64,000 bases of DNA from Candidatus Freyarchaeum deiterrae. Lineage in GTDB: Archaea > Asgardarchaeota > Jordiarchaeia > Jordiarchaeales > Jordiarchaeaceae. Every line of letters begins with the position of its first letter. Within the stretch, counting starts at the first letter, position 1. The notes beneath the pieces are model-generated. The model did not search any database. It saw only the letters and a list, made by a program, of their open reading frames with translations, and was not told where the DNA came from. Shown here piece after piece: positions 29,415 to 40,583 of the stretch. The position numbers and the translations under genes are program-made. The DNA is taken from positions 992,001-1,056,000 of the forward strand of contig CP147778.1 of assembly GCA_037305845.1 (NCBI GenBank), given 5' to 3'.

Positions 29415-30431
29415 TTAAGTTTTGTTTGGTTTTTCTTGTTCTATTTGTGCTAGGATTTCTTTCGCTTTGTTTTCTAGGTCTTTGGGGTTTGTTTCTCTTT
29501 CTGTGCGGGCTTTTTCCACTAGTTTTTCTGCCTCGTTCAGCCAATCCGTAGATTTTCTTTCAGCTTTTTCTCTGCAGATGTGGTAGTTTAGTTTTGCGTA
29601 TAGGGCGCTGACCGGGCTTCCGATTATTTGTAATATTTCCGAGGCTTTAAGATGGTTTTCTGCTGCGAGGTTCCAATCTTTTTGTTCTTCGGCGTTTCTG
29701 GCGGAGGCTGAGTAGGCGTAGTATTCGGCGATGAGGGCTTTTTCTTCTTGGTCTGTAGCTCTTAGGAGTTTGGCTATCTCGGTCTGGTGTTCGGACACTT
29801 TTTTCCAGTTTTCTTTGCTTCCCTCGTAGATTACCAGTAATTCGTGGGCTCTTATTAACGCTGGTTCCTTGTCTTGGAAGCCTGTTTTTTCTATAATCTC
29901 GGCAATCTGGAAGTAGAGCTCGGCTGCTTTTTCGAATTCCTGTTTTGTGTATAGGATCTCTGCTTGGATGTTTAGCCTTCTCCTTCTGGCGGTGAGTGCA
30001 GCTTTTTTTCCGAGTTTTTCGAGTGTTTCTTCGGCTTCGGAATAAAGGGTGATTGCTCTTTCGGGGTCGTCGATCATTAGACTGTTTTCAGCTTCTCTGA
30101 GGTTATTGATAGCTAGGGTTAGCTCAGCGAGTTTTTCGTTTTTCTGACTGCCGAGGGTTTTAGCGGCCTCTTTCCAGAGGGTGGTTTCTGGGGGGGAATA
30201 GCTTGTAACCCTTTCCATTTTGCTTCTTATTCTTATGCTTTGAATCCAAGATTCTACAGCCTCTCTTATTAGAGAGAAAGTGTTAATTTCTTCTTGGTTA
30301 GTGGTTTTCTCGATGATTTTGTCTATGAACCAGAGAGAGTCTTCTAGGATGTTTAATCCCGATTCTTTGAGTTCAAATGCTTGTAATAATAGTTCGAAAA
30401 GTCTGTCGATGTAAGAGTTTGCTTCATCCAA
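29415..30431 (-). CDS. All-alpha TPR/SNAP-like repeat protein
   Basis: Repeated A..LY..A.E helical motifs (AITLYSEAEE, AAELYFQIAE, AAENHLKASE). Confidence 0.6.
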   Translation of the reverse strand: MDEANSYIDRLFELLLQAFELKESGLNILEDSLWFIDKIIEKTTNQEEINTFSLIREAVESWIQSIRIRSKMERVTSYSPPETTLWKEAAKTLGSQKNEKLAELTLAINNLREAENSLMIDDPERAITLYSEAEETLEKLGKKAALTARRRRLNIQAEILYTKQEFEKAAELYFQIAEIIEKTGFQDKEPALIRAHELLVIYEGSKENWKKVSEHQTEIAKLLRATDQEEKALIAEYYAYSASARNAEEQKDWNLAAENHLKASEILQIIGSPVSALYAKLNYHICREKAERKSTDWLNEAEKLVEKARTERETNPKDLENKAKEILAQIEQEKPNKT

Positions 30432-30637
30432 AAAAATTTCACCAAATAAAATAGTGAAAGAAACGAATTTAAGAAATTTGGTTTCTTTAAAAAGCTTTCA
30501 AAAACAATAATTGGCGGCTTTAAATTTTTGAGGAGATTAGTATCTTGAGTTGATGTTCAATAAGTATACATATGGTTTGTATTGTAGGAGTACTAAATAT
30601 TAGCGGAGCTTTTTGACTTAGGATGATTATTGGAGGT

Positions 30638-30913
30638 TTATTTTCGGGGGATTGTCGAGTTCGGTTGCATTTCTTCTAATCCTTTAAGATACACTTCTAG
30701 TTGTCTTGCGCTTTTGAATATGTGTATGCTGTCTTGGTCCGCCATTCTTAGTATTGCTGATTTTTTTTGAATGGTTACGTATATTCCTCCGAATGTTGAG
30801 TCATGTTTTAGGAATAAATCTCCTTCGCTTGATCTTTTGCACCAGAATCCGTTTCTTCTCAGAACATTTCTAAACATTCGGGCACCCGCTCTTACTATAA
30901 ATTCTACTCGCAC
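30638..30913 (-). CDS. Hypothetical protein
   Basis: 91-aa ORF in a co-oriented gene run. Confidence 0.5.
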   Translation of the reverse strand: MRVEFIVRAGARMFRNVLRRNGFWCKRSSEGDLFLKHDSTFGGIYVTIQKKSAILRMADQDSIHIFKSARQLEVYLKGLEEMQPNSTIPRK

Positions 30914-31117
30914 CCTTAATTATGCAAAAAGAAGTATTAGAAAGTTAATAAGATAAGGATAACACTAAAGAAATACCTAAACCGATATTAGAATTTCAAA
31001 GTTTAAGAAAGTTATCTGATTTGATTAAAGCGAGTATAATAATTGGTCTTCTTTGATGGGTGATGTTTCTCAGTTCCGGAGCAGTTTTGGTTGAATTATT
31101 GCAGGTCTGCAGCAGTA

Positions 31118-31858
31118 TTACTCTTTTCTTTGGGTAGCGTCTATGATTATCGAGGAGATTACAGGAATCTTACTGTCTGTTTTGTTTTTTATTTCCATCT
31201 TGTAGGTTTCTGGTGAAGTTTTTAGAATGGTTACGACGGTTTGTCCGTTCTTTACCAGTGAGTATTCTTTCTTTGTGGGGTCGCCCTTGATTTTGAGCGT
31301 CTGGTTATTCTCAAGGTCTTCTATCGTGTAACCCTGTTTTAGGACGCCTTGTTGCTGTATTGTACCAATTGTTTTTTGGCAGCGATCTTTTAGAATATAC
31401 TTTGTGTACTGTAGGTTTCCCTCGGCACTACCTACAACTAGTCCTTTTGCATTTCGTATGTGTACTATTAATCCCGATGAAGTATTCTCGCACTCCACGA
31501 ATCCTAGAAACTCATTCCCAGGATTTTTTATCTCGTATTGGAACAGATTCTTCGAACCTACAACATTTATTGAGAAACCAGTTCCGGGAAAATCTAGAGA
31601 GTCACAATCTTTGGGCAAACTCTGTTCTTCTATTATTCTACTTGGAACAAAGGACGCTTCTTCCTTTTTTGAACGTCTTGAGGTTCGTGCAAGAGGAATA
31701 ACTATCGTTGCTCCATCTTCAGACAAGTTTGACACCGCACTCTCGGGACTGGATTCTGATTCTGAGGTGTAGGGTTTTCCGCAATTCGGACAGTTTTTAC
31801 GCCCAGATAAGAACGAGCTCCCACAATTCGAACAAATTCTTACCTCAAGTTTACTCAT
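31118..31858 (-). CDS. Zinc-ribbon plus LURP-one/scramblase-like domain protein
   Basis: CSNCG...CPNCG, a low-complexity linker, beta-hairpin repeats and a terminal helix IPVISSIIID. Confidence 0.7.
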   Translation of the reverse strand: MSKLEVRICSNCGSSFLSGRKNCPNCGKPYTSESESSPESAVSNLSEDGATIVIPLARTSRRSKKEEASFVPSRIIEEQSLPKDCDSLDFPGTGFSINVVGSKNLFQYEIKNPGNEFLGFVECENTSSGLIVHIRNAKGLVVGSAEGNLQYTKYILKDRCQKTIGTIQQQGVLKQGYTIEDLENNQTLKIKGDPTKKEYSLVKNGQTVVTILKTSPETYKMEIKNKTDSKIPVISSIIIDATQRKE

Positions 31859-32074
31859 ATTTCTTCCCCTAGTGTTTTCCCTTTTATTAAATAGAGCAAG
31901 TGCTTCCTTATGAATATAATGCTTTATAAATTATCAAAATTTCTTTTTATTTTAAAAATTTTCTCAATATTAACGTTAAATTTTTTTGAAACTCCAAAAG
32001 TGGAAACTAAAAGTTATATAATTTTAGAGGGGTTTTTTATGTTATTCTAGGATTATATTTGATGGTGATTATCT

Positions 32075-32422
32075 TTGGCGAGAATTACGGGCAGAATTCT
32101 CAGTGTTGCTATTTTTCTAGTTTTGGTATTATTGGTTCAGATGCCACTAGTTGCTCAATCGATAAATAATATAAATTTATCAAGCGGGTACACAGAGACG
32201 GGATTACAAATAATTTTGTTAATATGGTTGATTGATTCTTTCATGATTGCAATTTCTTTCGAATGGGTTTCTCTAACCATTTCAATACTACCTTTCATCT
32301 TGACATTCCCGATAGCTCTAATTTACCCCACTCTAAATTCAGCTTACGGTTGGATTGTTTACGCAAATTTAGCCGTAGTTATTGTGCTAATATTCGCTAG
32401 GATGATAGCTAACATAATTTGA
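32075..32422 (+). CDS. Small membrane protein
   Basis: About 4 hydrophobic segments; GGTGA Shine-Dalgarno. Confidence 0.6.
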   Translation: MARITGRILSVAIFLVLVLLVQMPLVAQSINNINLSSGYTETGLQIILLIWLIDSFMIAISFEWVSLTISILPFILTFPIALIYPTLNSAYGWIVYANLAVVIVLIFARMIANII

Positions 32423-32509
32423 AAAATTCGATTAGGTGTGGTCAAAAAATTTGGTATTTAGCTAGATTTTTATAAAAAATCAGCTTTTTTCTAGTTAGGT
32501 GTATGTATA

Positions 32510-33583
32510 TTGGAAAAAAAAGGCTTAACATACGAAGACTCGGGAGTAGACCTGTCCAAATCGAGTGAAAGCCATAAAATTATTGGTAAATTGATTGAAA
32601 AAACCTTTGCATTTAGGAGTGGAAAATTTGGTGAAGTGGTGGGAGAGTACGGCCATTACGCGAATTTAATAGACATTGGTTCAGGCCGAGCATTAGCTGT
32701 ACACAGCGACGGAGTGGGCACCAAAGTGTTGATTGCTCAACTAATGGACAAATACGATACCGTAGGAATCGACTGCGTGGCCATGAACGCTAACGATTTA
32801 ATTTGTATTGGTGCTGAACCCTCAGCTCTTGTAGATTACTTGGCAGTCGAGAAAGCGGATCCTGAGATGATTGCGCAGATAGTTCGAGGACTTGTCAAGG
32901 GAGCTGAAATGGCAGGAATGGCTATACTGGGCGGGGAAACAGCTACGATGCCTGGCGTAATAAAGGGAGCCGTTGAAGGAAGAGGATTCGATTTAGCCGC
33001 TATGAGTATTGGGATGGTTTACCAGGACAAGGTGATAACGGGCAGAGAAATCATGCCCGACGACGTGGTGATTGGTCTGCAAAGCAGCGGAATTCACTCG
33101 AATGGCTTCTCTCTAGCAAGAAAAGCGCTTCTAGACGAAGCCGGATTTAGTGTATTTGACCCTATGCCCAATTCGAATCAGAGTGTAGGTGAAGCTCTAC
33201 TTGAACCGACCAAAATTTATGTTCAGGAAATTTTAGAAATTCTGAGAAATGCGGAGGTGCACGGCCTTGCAAACATAACTGGGGGGGCGTTCTCAAAACT
33301 CAACAGAATCTGTTATGGGAAAATCGGAATGTATCTTGACCAGTTACCAGAACCTCTAACTGTTTTCGAGGCTATTAAGCAGGCGGGGAACATTGACGAC
33401 TATGAAATGTATAGAACCTTTAACATGGGAGCCGGATTTGTTGTGGTTACCCCTAAAGAAAGCTCTGAAACGGTAATATCAATCTGTAAGAAAGCCGGGA
33501 CTCGTGCCCAAATTATAGGTAAAATAGCTACAAAAAAGGGTATCAAATTGGAGATAGCTAAGGGAAAACTTTTGGAAATGTAG
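32510..33583 (+). CDS. purM: Phosphoribosylformylglycinamidine cyclo-ligase (AIR synthase)
   Basis: LTYEDSGVD, DGVGTK, GIDCVAMNAND, GGETA, SSGIHSNGFS, EMYRTFNMG. Confidence 0.95.
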   Translation: MEKKGLTYEDSGVDLSKSSESHKIIGKLIEKTFAFRSGKFGEVVGEYGHYANLIDIGSGRALAVHSDGVGTKVLIAQLMDKYDTVGIDCVAMNANDLICIGAEPSALVDYLAVEKADPEMIAQIVRGLVKGAEMAGMAILGGETATMPGVIKGAVEGRGFDLAAMSIGMVYQDKVITGREIMPDDVVIGLQSSGIHSNGFSLARKALLDEAGFSVFDPMPNSNQSVGEALLEPTKIYVQEILEILRNAEVHGLANITGGAFSKLNRICYGKIGMYLDQLPEPLTVFEAIKQAGNIDDYEMYRTFNMGAGFVVVTPKESSETVISICKKAGTRAQIIGKIATKKGIKLEIAKGKLLEM

Positions 33584-33670
33584 ATTAAAATCTTTGAAAA
33601 GCTAAGATTTATTATAGAGTTCCACGTTTTTAAATTATTTTTAAAAGTATAGAATAAGGGTGTAGGAATA

Positions 33671-35824
33671 TTGTGTTCTAATAAAACTAGGAAAAAGTTG
33701 GCACTTCCAGAAATAGCGCCCCTAGGCGAACCTTCTGTTCGAGATTTCTTTTTCAGTATTTTCAACAGGGGATCTATTAAAATTTGGAAACGAGATGATA
33801 TTAATGGAATTATTGCCCTGTTTGCAAACAGCTTTGCCCTATTCGTACTGCTTGTTGGTCTACTTCCCACCATTTGGAGTTTACAGTTTATGCCAGCATG
33901 GTACTTCTCCGCTCTAACAGGGATATACGTAGCTCCAATGAATTTAATTGGCGTCATCAATTTTTCCGGAACACAAATCCCGGTGGCAATCCCCCAGGGT
34001 TATTCTCTGCTCCCTGATTTTCAAATATTCTTCCCTCATAAGCCGTGGGGTGTGATTTCTGCTCTCCTAGGCGCTTGTGCATTGCAAGTTCTCATAGGAA
34101 ATTTTGCTTATAGTTACTATGCGTACAAGAAAACCATGGAAACAGGAAAAACATATACCGCGCTACCCTTTGGAATAAGTGCACCCGGACTGTTTCTATT
34201 CCTAGGTGTGATAATAGGCTTCTCTCAAACGACTTTAGGCCTTGATTTATATACAGCAGTTTCTATCGCAATATTAGCTAACATTTTAAGCTCAATAGTT
34301 GAAATCATCATCGCATTTGGCTTTATAGAGCGTATAAGGAAGCATATCCCGACAGCGGGAGTATTAGGCACAATTGCAGGGATAGGTTTTGCTTGGCTCA
34401 TCCTAAATTATTTTGGGTTTATAGCCGGAGGCCCCGTCGATGGGGTTTATGGGGCCCTCAATGGTTGGCCTTATCTTTCGCCCACAATTGGATTTGTAGT
34501 ACTGTTTATTTTGTTAGTCGGAATAGTATCTCGTTTGAGACTTTTTAAGAAAATTCCCACAAATCTTTTGGCAATAGTTGTTGGATCAATCCTCGTAATT
34601 ATTAACATTTTGTGGCTTGGACGCGGTACCCCCTTTAGCGATACCTTTTTCTATTTTAGAGAGATGTGGGCCCAGATTTGGGGTGGCACTGGGCCACAAT
34701 TTTCACTCGCAGTAATTTTTGGCCAAAACATCACGAATTTTATTTATCCTCAAACCTTCACCTTTATGTTTCCCGGCCTGAGACCCGAACTTCTGGAACG
34801 AGGGTTACAGGCTCTACCAATGGTCATAGCGGTTGTTGTCCCATTCCAAATTTACGACAGTATAGAGAGCTACGCCAACAACAAATCAGCTAATCTCGAA
34901 ATTGCTCACAAGTTCGGTATAGAGGATCCGGAGATGTTACAACTTTGGTGTGATAAATATGGATATTCTGCAAAGACCACAATGCTCATAGATGGCTGCA
35001 GCAGTCTGCTCGGAACACCCTTCGGGAGCTGGGCACCCACAGTGAACTACGAAGGATCGGCAAGCTACGTTAAAATGGGAGCAGGAATTGGATACTCTTT
35101 ACTGCATGGCATCATTACTGCAGCGATAGTTTGGTTCGGAATTCTATTTCTAGTGCCTATGATTATTCCGGCAAATGTTACCGTTCCATTACTTTTGGTA
35201 ATCGGAGGCCTAATTGTTGTCCAAGCCTTTAAGGAAGTCTATGAAGAAAATAAAAAAATGGGCAGCCCAGATTTCATAATTTGGGGGGATTTATTCGCCG
35301 TAATGCTGGCTATGATTCCGCAGTTCTTCACAGTTTTAGCTCTTATGATAATCAACAATTTTAAAAACGCTTACACTGGAGCACTTATGAGCACAGCCAC
35401 ATCGCCTTACCAATTATTTTTCATAACTGTAAATATTGGAGGCATACCAATACAAATTTCCCTTAACCAGTTCCTAGGTCTCTACGGTTATCTGGTCAAT
35501 GGAACTTTTAGCTACTCAAGCGCCACTTTCGGCTGGTATGGAATCGTCTTCCTAGGACTCGGAGCAGCAACAGTAGGACTAATCTGGGGAAGTCTGGTTT
35601 CAGACCTCAACCATAGACGTTTCAGAAGAGCTTTCATATTTGCCTCTTTGGCAGCGCTACTGGCACAAATTGGAATAATTCACGCATACTCGATACCGAC
35701 ATCTCTCGAACAACTTGTTATGCAAACTCCTTGGGCATTAGCCTATCTGGCAGCTGCAATATACATACTGATACTCTGGTGGAAAACCAAGTCCAGTCCG
35801 AGTCAAAAGCTAACCGAAATTTGA
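33671..35824 (+). CDS. NCS2/AzgA-like nucleobase permease
   Basis: Many TM helices; DDINGIIALF, YTALPFGISAP, GAGIGYS; adjacent to purM. Confidence 0.7.
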   Translation: MCSNKTRKKLALPEIAPLGEPSVRDFFFSIFNRGSIKIWKRDDINGIIALFANSFALFVLLVGLLPTIWSLQFMPAWYFSALTGIYVAPMNLIGVINFSGTQIPVAIPQGYSLLPDFQIFFPHKPWGVISALLGACALQVLIGNFAYSYYAYKKTMETGKTYTALPFGISAPGLFLFLGVIIGFSQTTLGLDLYTAVSIAILANILSSIVEIIIAFGFIERIRKHIPTAGVLGTIAGIGFAWLILNYFGFIAGGPVDGVYGALNGWPYLSPTIGFVVLFILLVGIVSRLRLFKKIPTNLLAIVVGSILVIINILWLGRGTPFSDTFFYFREMWAQIWGGTGPQFSLAVIFGQNITNFIYPQTFTFMFPGLRPELLERGLQALPMVIAVVVPFQIYDSIESYANNKSANLEIAHKFGIEDPEMLQLWCDKYGYSAKTTMLIDGCSSLLGTPFGSWAPTVNYEGSASYVKMGAGIGYSLLHGIITAAIVWFGILFLVPMIIPANVTVPLLLVIGGLIVVQAFKEVYEENKKMGSPDFIIWGDLFAVMLAMIPQFFTVLALMIINNFKNAYTGALMSTATSPYQLFFITVNIGGIPIQISLNQFLGLYGYLVNGTFSYSSATFGWYGIVFLGLGAATVGLIWGSLVSDLNHRRFRRAFIFASLAALLAQIGIIHAYSIPTSLEQLVMQTPWALAYLAAAIYILILWWKTKSSPSQKLTEI

Positions 35825-36013
35825 TGCCTCTCTTAATTTAGTTATTTATTTTTAATAGCTAAATCGTGATGGACAGCAAACTTTAGTAAATACAAAAACT
35901 AGATAATAGACCCAGATTTATTTCCAAGAGGTTATCCCTCTACTTATGGAAAAAAATTCAATAACAATTAAGTATTAACTATTTTTTAAGCTAAACACTA
36001 GGAGACTCGCATC

Positions 36014-36670
36014 ATGATAAGCAAAATTAAATCAATTATTTTTGATCTAGATGGCACACTCTTGGATGTACCTGATGGAGATTTTTTTGATCAGTTGCTT
36101 GTGGATTCAATTATAGAAGTTGGATGTAAACTGCCCAGTCGAGAACAAAGGGATCTGTTATGGGATAGCGGGAAGGATTATCAGAAGATTTTAAAATCTT
36201 GGGGGGTTCAAAATCTGGAGGAGTTTTGGAAAGTATTTGATAGAAGGGATTTAGAAGCACGCCAAAAGCTTATAGATATAAGCGAAATCAAGCCATACGA
36301 CGATATTGTAGTTCTGGAGGATTTGGTGAAAGAATTTTCTTTAGGACTAGTTACGAATACTCCAGTTAAGCTAGCACTTTTGGAATTAGATTCTTTCGAC
36401 TTGACCAAGTATTTTAATTCCATCATTGCCCTAGGAACCGTGGAACAAAAAAATGCAAAACCAGAAGCCTACGGAATTCTCAAATGTATCAAAGAATTGA
36501 ACAGCACACCTAAAGTGTCACTAGTAGTGGGAGACAGGAATGCTGATATAATTGCTGGAGCAAGAGCAGGTGCTTCAACAGCCCTGATAATACGTTCGAA
36601 AATCAAAACGACGGCTAAAGCCGACTTTATATTAAATAATCTTTATGAGCTTATCGGAATCTTAAAATAA
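36014..36670 (+). CDS. HAD-family hydrolase (phosphoglycolate phosphatase-like)
   Basis: FDLDGTL, VTN, KP, VGDRNADI. Confidence 0.88.
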   Translation: MISKIKSIIFDLDGTLLDVPDGDFFDQLLVDSIIEVGCKLPSREQRDLLWDSGKDYQKILKSWGVQNLEEFWKVFDRRDLEARQKLIDISEIKPYDDIVVLEDLVKEFSLGLVTNTPVKLALLELDSFDLTKYFNSIIALGTVEQKNAKPEAYGILKCIKELNSTPKVSLVVGDRNADIIAGARAGASTALIIRSKIKTTAKADFILNNLYELIGILK

Positions 36671-36898
36671 TTTCCAAATTCAAAATTCTATCAGTGTAGG
36701 ATAGCCTTGAAACAATTTTTTAAATTATTTTATCAATTTTTCTAAATTAGATTAATCCAAATTTATTGCAAAATACCCAAATTGCGAAAATCACAGCAAG
36801 AATATGCTTTTAATGCATATTTCTCAACATCTAACACAATATTTATTAGTGTATTTGGCGCCAATTATAAGTGATGCGGTTAATCCAGGTGGAAAGCT

Positions 36899-37411
36899 AT
36901 GATTCATAATTTCTATTTATTAAAGAAGAGTGGAGAATGCGTGGTTCACCGTAAGTACGGTAGCCTGGAAACCGATGAGAATTTGGTAACAGGGTTTTTA
37001 AGCGCTATGTTTTCTTTTGGTAGGAATATAAGCGGTTGCAATATTGAAAGTGTGCTAATGGACGATAAAAAATTCATATACGTAATAAACGGTGACGTTA
37101 TACTTGCGGCTTATACGGACAGAGATGATGTGGTAAAAGAAAAACTCGAATTATTAAGCAATGAATTTTCAACGCGTTATGGTAATTTGGAAAATTGGGA
37201 TGGAGACCGCGACAAATTTGCAGAATTTCTGCCAAAACTAGATGAGGTTTTGGGCTGCACAGGTGAGGAAGCTTCTGATGATTTTGTTGGCAAAATGATG
37301 AATGATATTCAAACTGTTATTCAAACTGGAAAGGGATCATCAAGAATAAAAGACTCCGTGGACGATTTGGTCCAGCATTACAAAGAACAGTATAAAAAAA
37401 TCAATCAATGA
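36899..37411 (+). CDS. Longin-like domain protein
   Basis: MIHNFYLLKKSGECVVHRKY and LVTGFLSAMFSF..., a pattern typical of Asgard longin/adaptor-sigma-like domains. Confidence 0.7.
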   Translation: MIHNFYLLKKSGECVVHRKYGSLETDENLVTGFLSAMFSFGRNISGCNIESVLMDDKKFIYVINGDVILAAYTDRDDVVKEKLELLSNEFSTRYGNLENWDGDRDKFAEFLPKLDEVLGCTGEEASDDFVGKMMNDIQTVIQTGKGSSRIKDSVDDLVQHYKEQYKKINQ

Positions 37412-37465
37412 AATATCGAGTCAAAAATGATTTACTGTTTTTGTGTTCTTTCAACAATCATGTAA

Positions 37466-38659
37466 TTAAATCTTGTTTTCTCTAAGTTCGTGGTATATTT
37501 GTTTGGATATTCTTTTCGATTTTAGTAAAGCATTGTTTTGAGTGGATTCGAGGATTTGAATCGTACAAACAGGGGTTCCTTTTTTTACAAAGGTTCTTGG
37601 TTTGGTGATATCAAAGACTTCGGGGATGGTAATTTCAGGCATTATAAAGTCATGTTTTGCGTACAAAATGTTTTTCACAGCATATCCCTTGTTTGTGTGA
37701 ATTTCTTTGGGGAGTATTCCATTGCATGCCTTTATGTGCGTTTCAACCATATTTAATCCAGATACCATTTCCACGCACTCTAGTGTTCCTTGAAAACGGG
37801 GATTTATTTCCATTAAGTATGGTTCATCCTTATGAATAACAAAGTCTATTCCATTTGAGCCCTTTAGATTTAGTAACTCGCAAAGTGCTTCGGAGCATGA
37901 TTTTATTTTATCGCAGATTTGTTTTTCGGCTGTTAGTGGCACAATGTTTCCACAATAGATAAAATCTTTCGCGCCTAGCTCAGGAATACCAATTAATTGT
38001 TCGTTGACTGAGACTGCCAATGCTGATTTACCGCTTGAGAGAAGAGCACAACTGGCATCTTTTCCCTTGACGTATTCCTGAATCATTATTTTTCTTTGGT
38101 TTGACAATAGTTGAAATATTTTTTCTACTTCATTTAGATTCTTCGCCAAATGGATTCCATGTCCACCTCCACCCTTTGTTGGTCTTATTATTACTGGTGG
38201 ACCAATTGATTTTGCTGCCTCTCTGGCGTCTTCTAAATCTTTTGCGATAATTGAATTTGGGGAATGAATATCCAATTTTTTTGCTTCACTAAAAAGCTTC
38301 ATTTTGTCTCTCGATTTTCTGAGAGTTTTCGGATTGTTACCGATTACTGGTGCTATTTTGTTGAGGTTTTCCCAGAATTTGGGTTGATCATCAAAACCGC
38401 TGCCAATTAGAATGAAATCGATTTGATTTTTTTCTTTTAATTTTTGGGCAAGTTCGAAAAAAAGATTTGTGTAATTTTTTTCGGTTTTTTCTTCTTTGAG
38501 CGATTCGCTTACAACTAAGACTTTATCCGTGTATTTGTAGATATCAGTATCTCCCCAGTAGTCCACTGCTAGAACATTTAGTCCTAATTTTTTTGCAGAA
38601 GCAGCTATGGGTCTAGCATTAAATCCTAATACAAGAACGGTGGTGCCCTTTTCAAGCAC
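37466..38659 (-). CDS. ATP-grasp domain protein
   Basis: RP..GGGGHGI, QEYVKG, GSNGIDF, EINPRFQGT. Confidence 0.85.
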   Translation of the reverse strand: MLEKGTTVLVLGFNARPIAASAKKLGLNVLAVDYWGDTDIYKYTDKVLVVSESLKEEKTEKNYTNLFFELAQKLKEKNQIDFILIGSGFDDQPKFWENLNKIAPVIGNNPKTLRKSRDKMKLFSEAKKLDIHSPNSIIAKDLEDAREAAKSIGPPVIIRPTKGGGGHGIHLAKNLNEVEKIFQLLSNQRKIMIQEYVKGKDASCALLSSGKSALAVSVNEQLIGIPELGAKDFIYCGNIVPLTAEKQICDKIKSCSEALCELLNLKGSNGIDFVIHKDEPYLMEINPRFQGTLECVEMVSGLNMVETHIKACNGILPKEIHTNKGYAVKNILYAKHDFIMPEITIPEVFDITKPRTFVKKGTPVCTIQILESTQNNALLKSKRISKQIYHELRENKI

Positions 38660-38688
38660 GGCTAAACAGAACCCTCCAAACGAATAAT

Positions 38689-39420
38689 TTACGTTTCACT
38701 TTCTCTTACAGCCTCTTTAAGCTTTGTTATAATGTCTTTTACTTTAACCTTTTTTGGCATCGCGACCGCCAGTAACCTGTCGTTATCGATTTGCAGTGTA
38801 ATTACCATACCTTCCCTACCGGAAATGACAGAGTAATCACTGTTATCATTAGAAATCATATTACTACTTATCGCGAATATAGCGCTAATCATTCCTGAGA
38901 GAGATACTCCTTCTTCTGCGGGGTGCACCATCAGAGGTATCCCCTCTTTGGTAAGAATAGCGATTGCTGTGGCTTCAGGTATTGCATTTTTAACATTTAA
39001 AAATAAACCTTTTTTAGGATATTCTGCTAGTTCTATTATCTCTGCCATTTTGTAGGAAACATTCTGAATTTTGGAAATATAATTTTCAATACCTTTGCTT
39101 TCCGCCTTCTCTCTGTCGAGTAGCGCTGAAAGGACCATGTCGGAGGTAACAGCTAAGGTTATGATCAAATTGTTCTGGGTAAAGGAAAGAATATAATCTG
39201 GAGTCTGGTCTAGCAGTTTCTGAATCATCTGAGATGAAATAGCTAGTAAAGTAGCGCTACTAGCGGCCAGCTTATTCTTATTAATTGATTCGTCTAAGAT
39301 CACCATGGACTCTGACCTCCCCTCCTTACTAATCAGGATTATACCTTTTATGACTTTGTCTTTAACTATTTCTTCTAATATTTTAGATAATTCATTGACA
39401 GGCTCCATTTTAACCACCAT
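38689..39420 (-). CDS. Tandem roadblock/LC7-domain protein
   Basis: Two units of the pattern IILISKEG...LAASSATL and AILTKEG...LSGMISAIF. Confidence 0.7.
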   Translation of the reverse strand: MVVKMEPVNELSKILEEIVKDKVIKGIILISKEGRSESMVILDESINKNKLAASSATLLAISSQMIQKLLDQTPDYILSFTQNNLIITLAVTSDMVLSALLDREKAESKGIENYISKIQNVSYKMAEIIELAEYPKKGLFLNVKNAIPEATAIAILTKEGIPLMVHPAEEGVSLSGMISAIFAISSNMISNDNSDYSVISGREGMVITLQIDNDRLLAVAMPKKVKVKDIITKLKEAVRESET

Positions 39421-39647
39421 TTCCTATCTGTGAAAGTAATAACATTCTTATATTTCGAAAAATGGTATATTTTCAACAGCAAATTTCGCTTTCCCTTGTC
39501 TTTTTCATTTGTTGTATGTGTCATATTAAGGAATTTTACTTTTAAAAATGTTAGGTATATTGAAATAATTGGTAACTGTTTTTTACATAATACCTAAAGG
39601 GATTTTACTATGAAAATTAAAAAATCAATGTAATTGGCGAAAATTTC

Positions 39648-40400
39648 TTGGTGATTTTTTTGAGAGTGACCTTTTTAGGAACTGCGGGAAGTATGATTAC
39701 AAAAACTCGAACCAACTCAGCTGTACTAATTGATGAGGATCTGCTTATAGATTGTGGAGAAGGAACTACTCAAAAACTTCTTTCGATTTTGGGAGATTTA
39801 TCTAAAATAGATAATATTTTGATTTCACATGGACACGCGGATCATATCAATGGTATAATTTCACTCGTGTGGGGTATGTGGCTGGAAAATAGAAGAAGCA
39901 AAGAACTCACAATAACAGGTCCAGAATACATAGAAAACCAAGTAACATCCTTATTGAGATTAGAGCATACTCCACTTGATAGGCTAACCTTTAAAATAAA
40001 TTATAATGTTAATCCCAATTTTTTTGAAAATATTCGTATCAAAACTACGGTTCACGATCCTACGAATTACGCTTATCGTATAGAGAGAATGGGTAAAAGC
40101 ATCTGTTACACAGGGGATACCGGGCCTTTTAGAGATTTGGTAGAGATAGCTGCAGATTGTGATTTACTTATCCATGAGGCGACGTTTCAAGATGAACTTT
40201 CAGATCTGGCTCATACGCTGAATCATAGTACTCCTAGTGATGCGGGGCTATTAGCTTCTGCGGCTAACGCTAAAATTTTGGCGCTAGTTCACTGGCCGGG
40301 CATTTTCGAGGGAAATGAATCCGTCCTCATCGACCAAGCTAGAAAAACTTTCAAAGGGCAAATTATTTTGGCGAAGGATTTAGACGTTTTAGAGTTGTAA
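39648..40400 (+). CDS. Ribonuclease Z-like MBL-fold hydrolase
   Basis: FLGTAG, DCGEGT, SHGHADHING, YTGDT, HEAT, HST. Confidence 0.8.
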   Translation: MVIFLRVTFLGTAGSMITKTRTNSAVLIDEDLLIDCGEGTTQKLLSILGDLSKIDNILISHGHADHINGIISLVWGMWLENRRSKELTITGPEYIENQVTSLLRLEHTPLDRLTFKINYNVNPNFFENIRIKTTVHDPTNYAYRIERMGKSICYTGDTGPFRDLVEIAADCDLLIHEATFQDELSDLAHTLNHSTPSDAGLLASAANAKILALVHWPGIFEGNESVLIDQARKTFKGQIILAKDLDVLEL

Positions 40401-40583
40401 TCAAATTTCTTCAAGTTATTTAACAGGTATTAATAAAAATTTGATTAAAAATAGTTAAAATCATAAGACTTCGCAAAATATTTAAGGTCTTTTTGCGATA
40501 TTTAACTTAGACAATGTATATTTTGTTGTAATACTACAAATATTTTAAGAAAAAAATAGTCTTTTATAAGTGAGGCGTCAATT

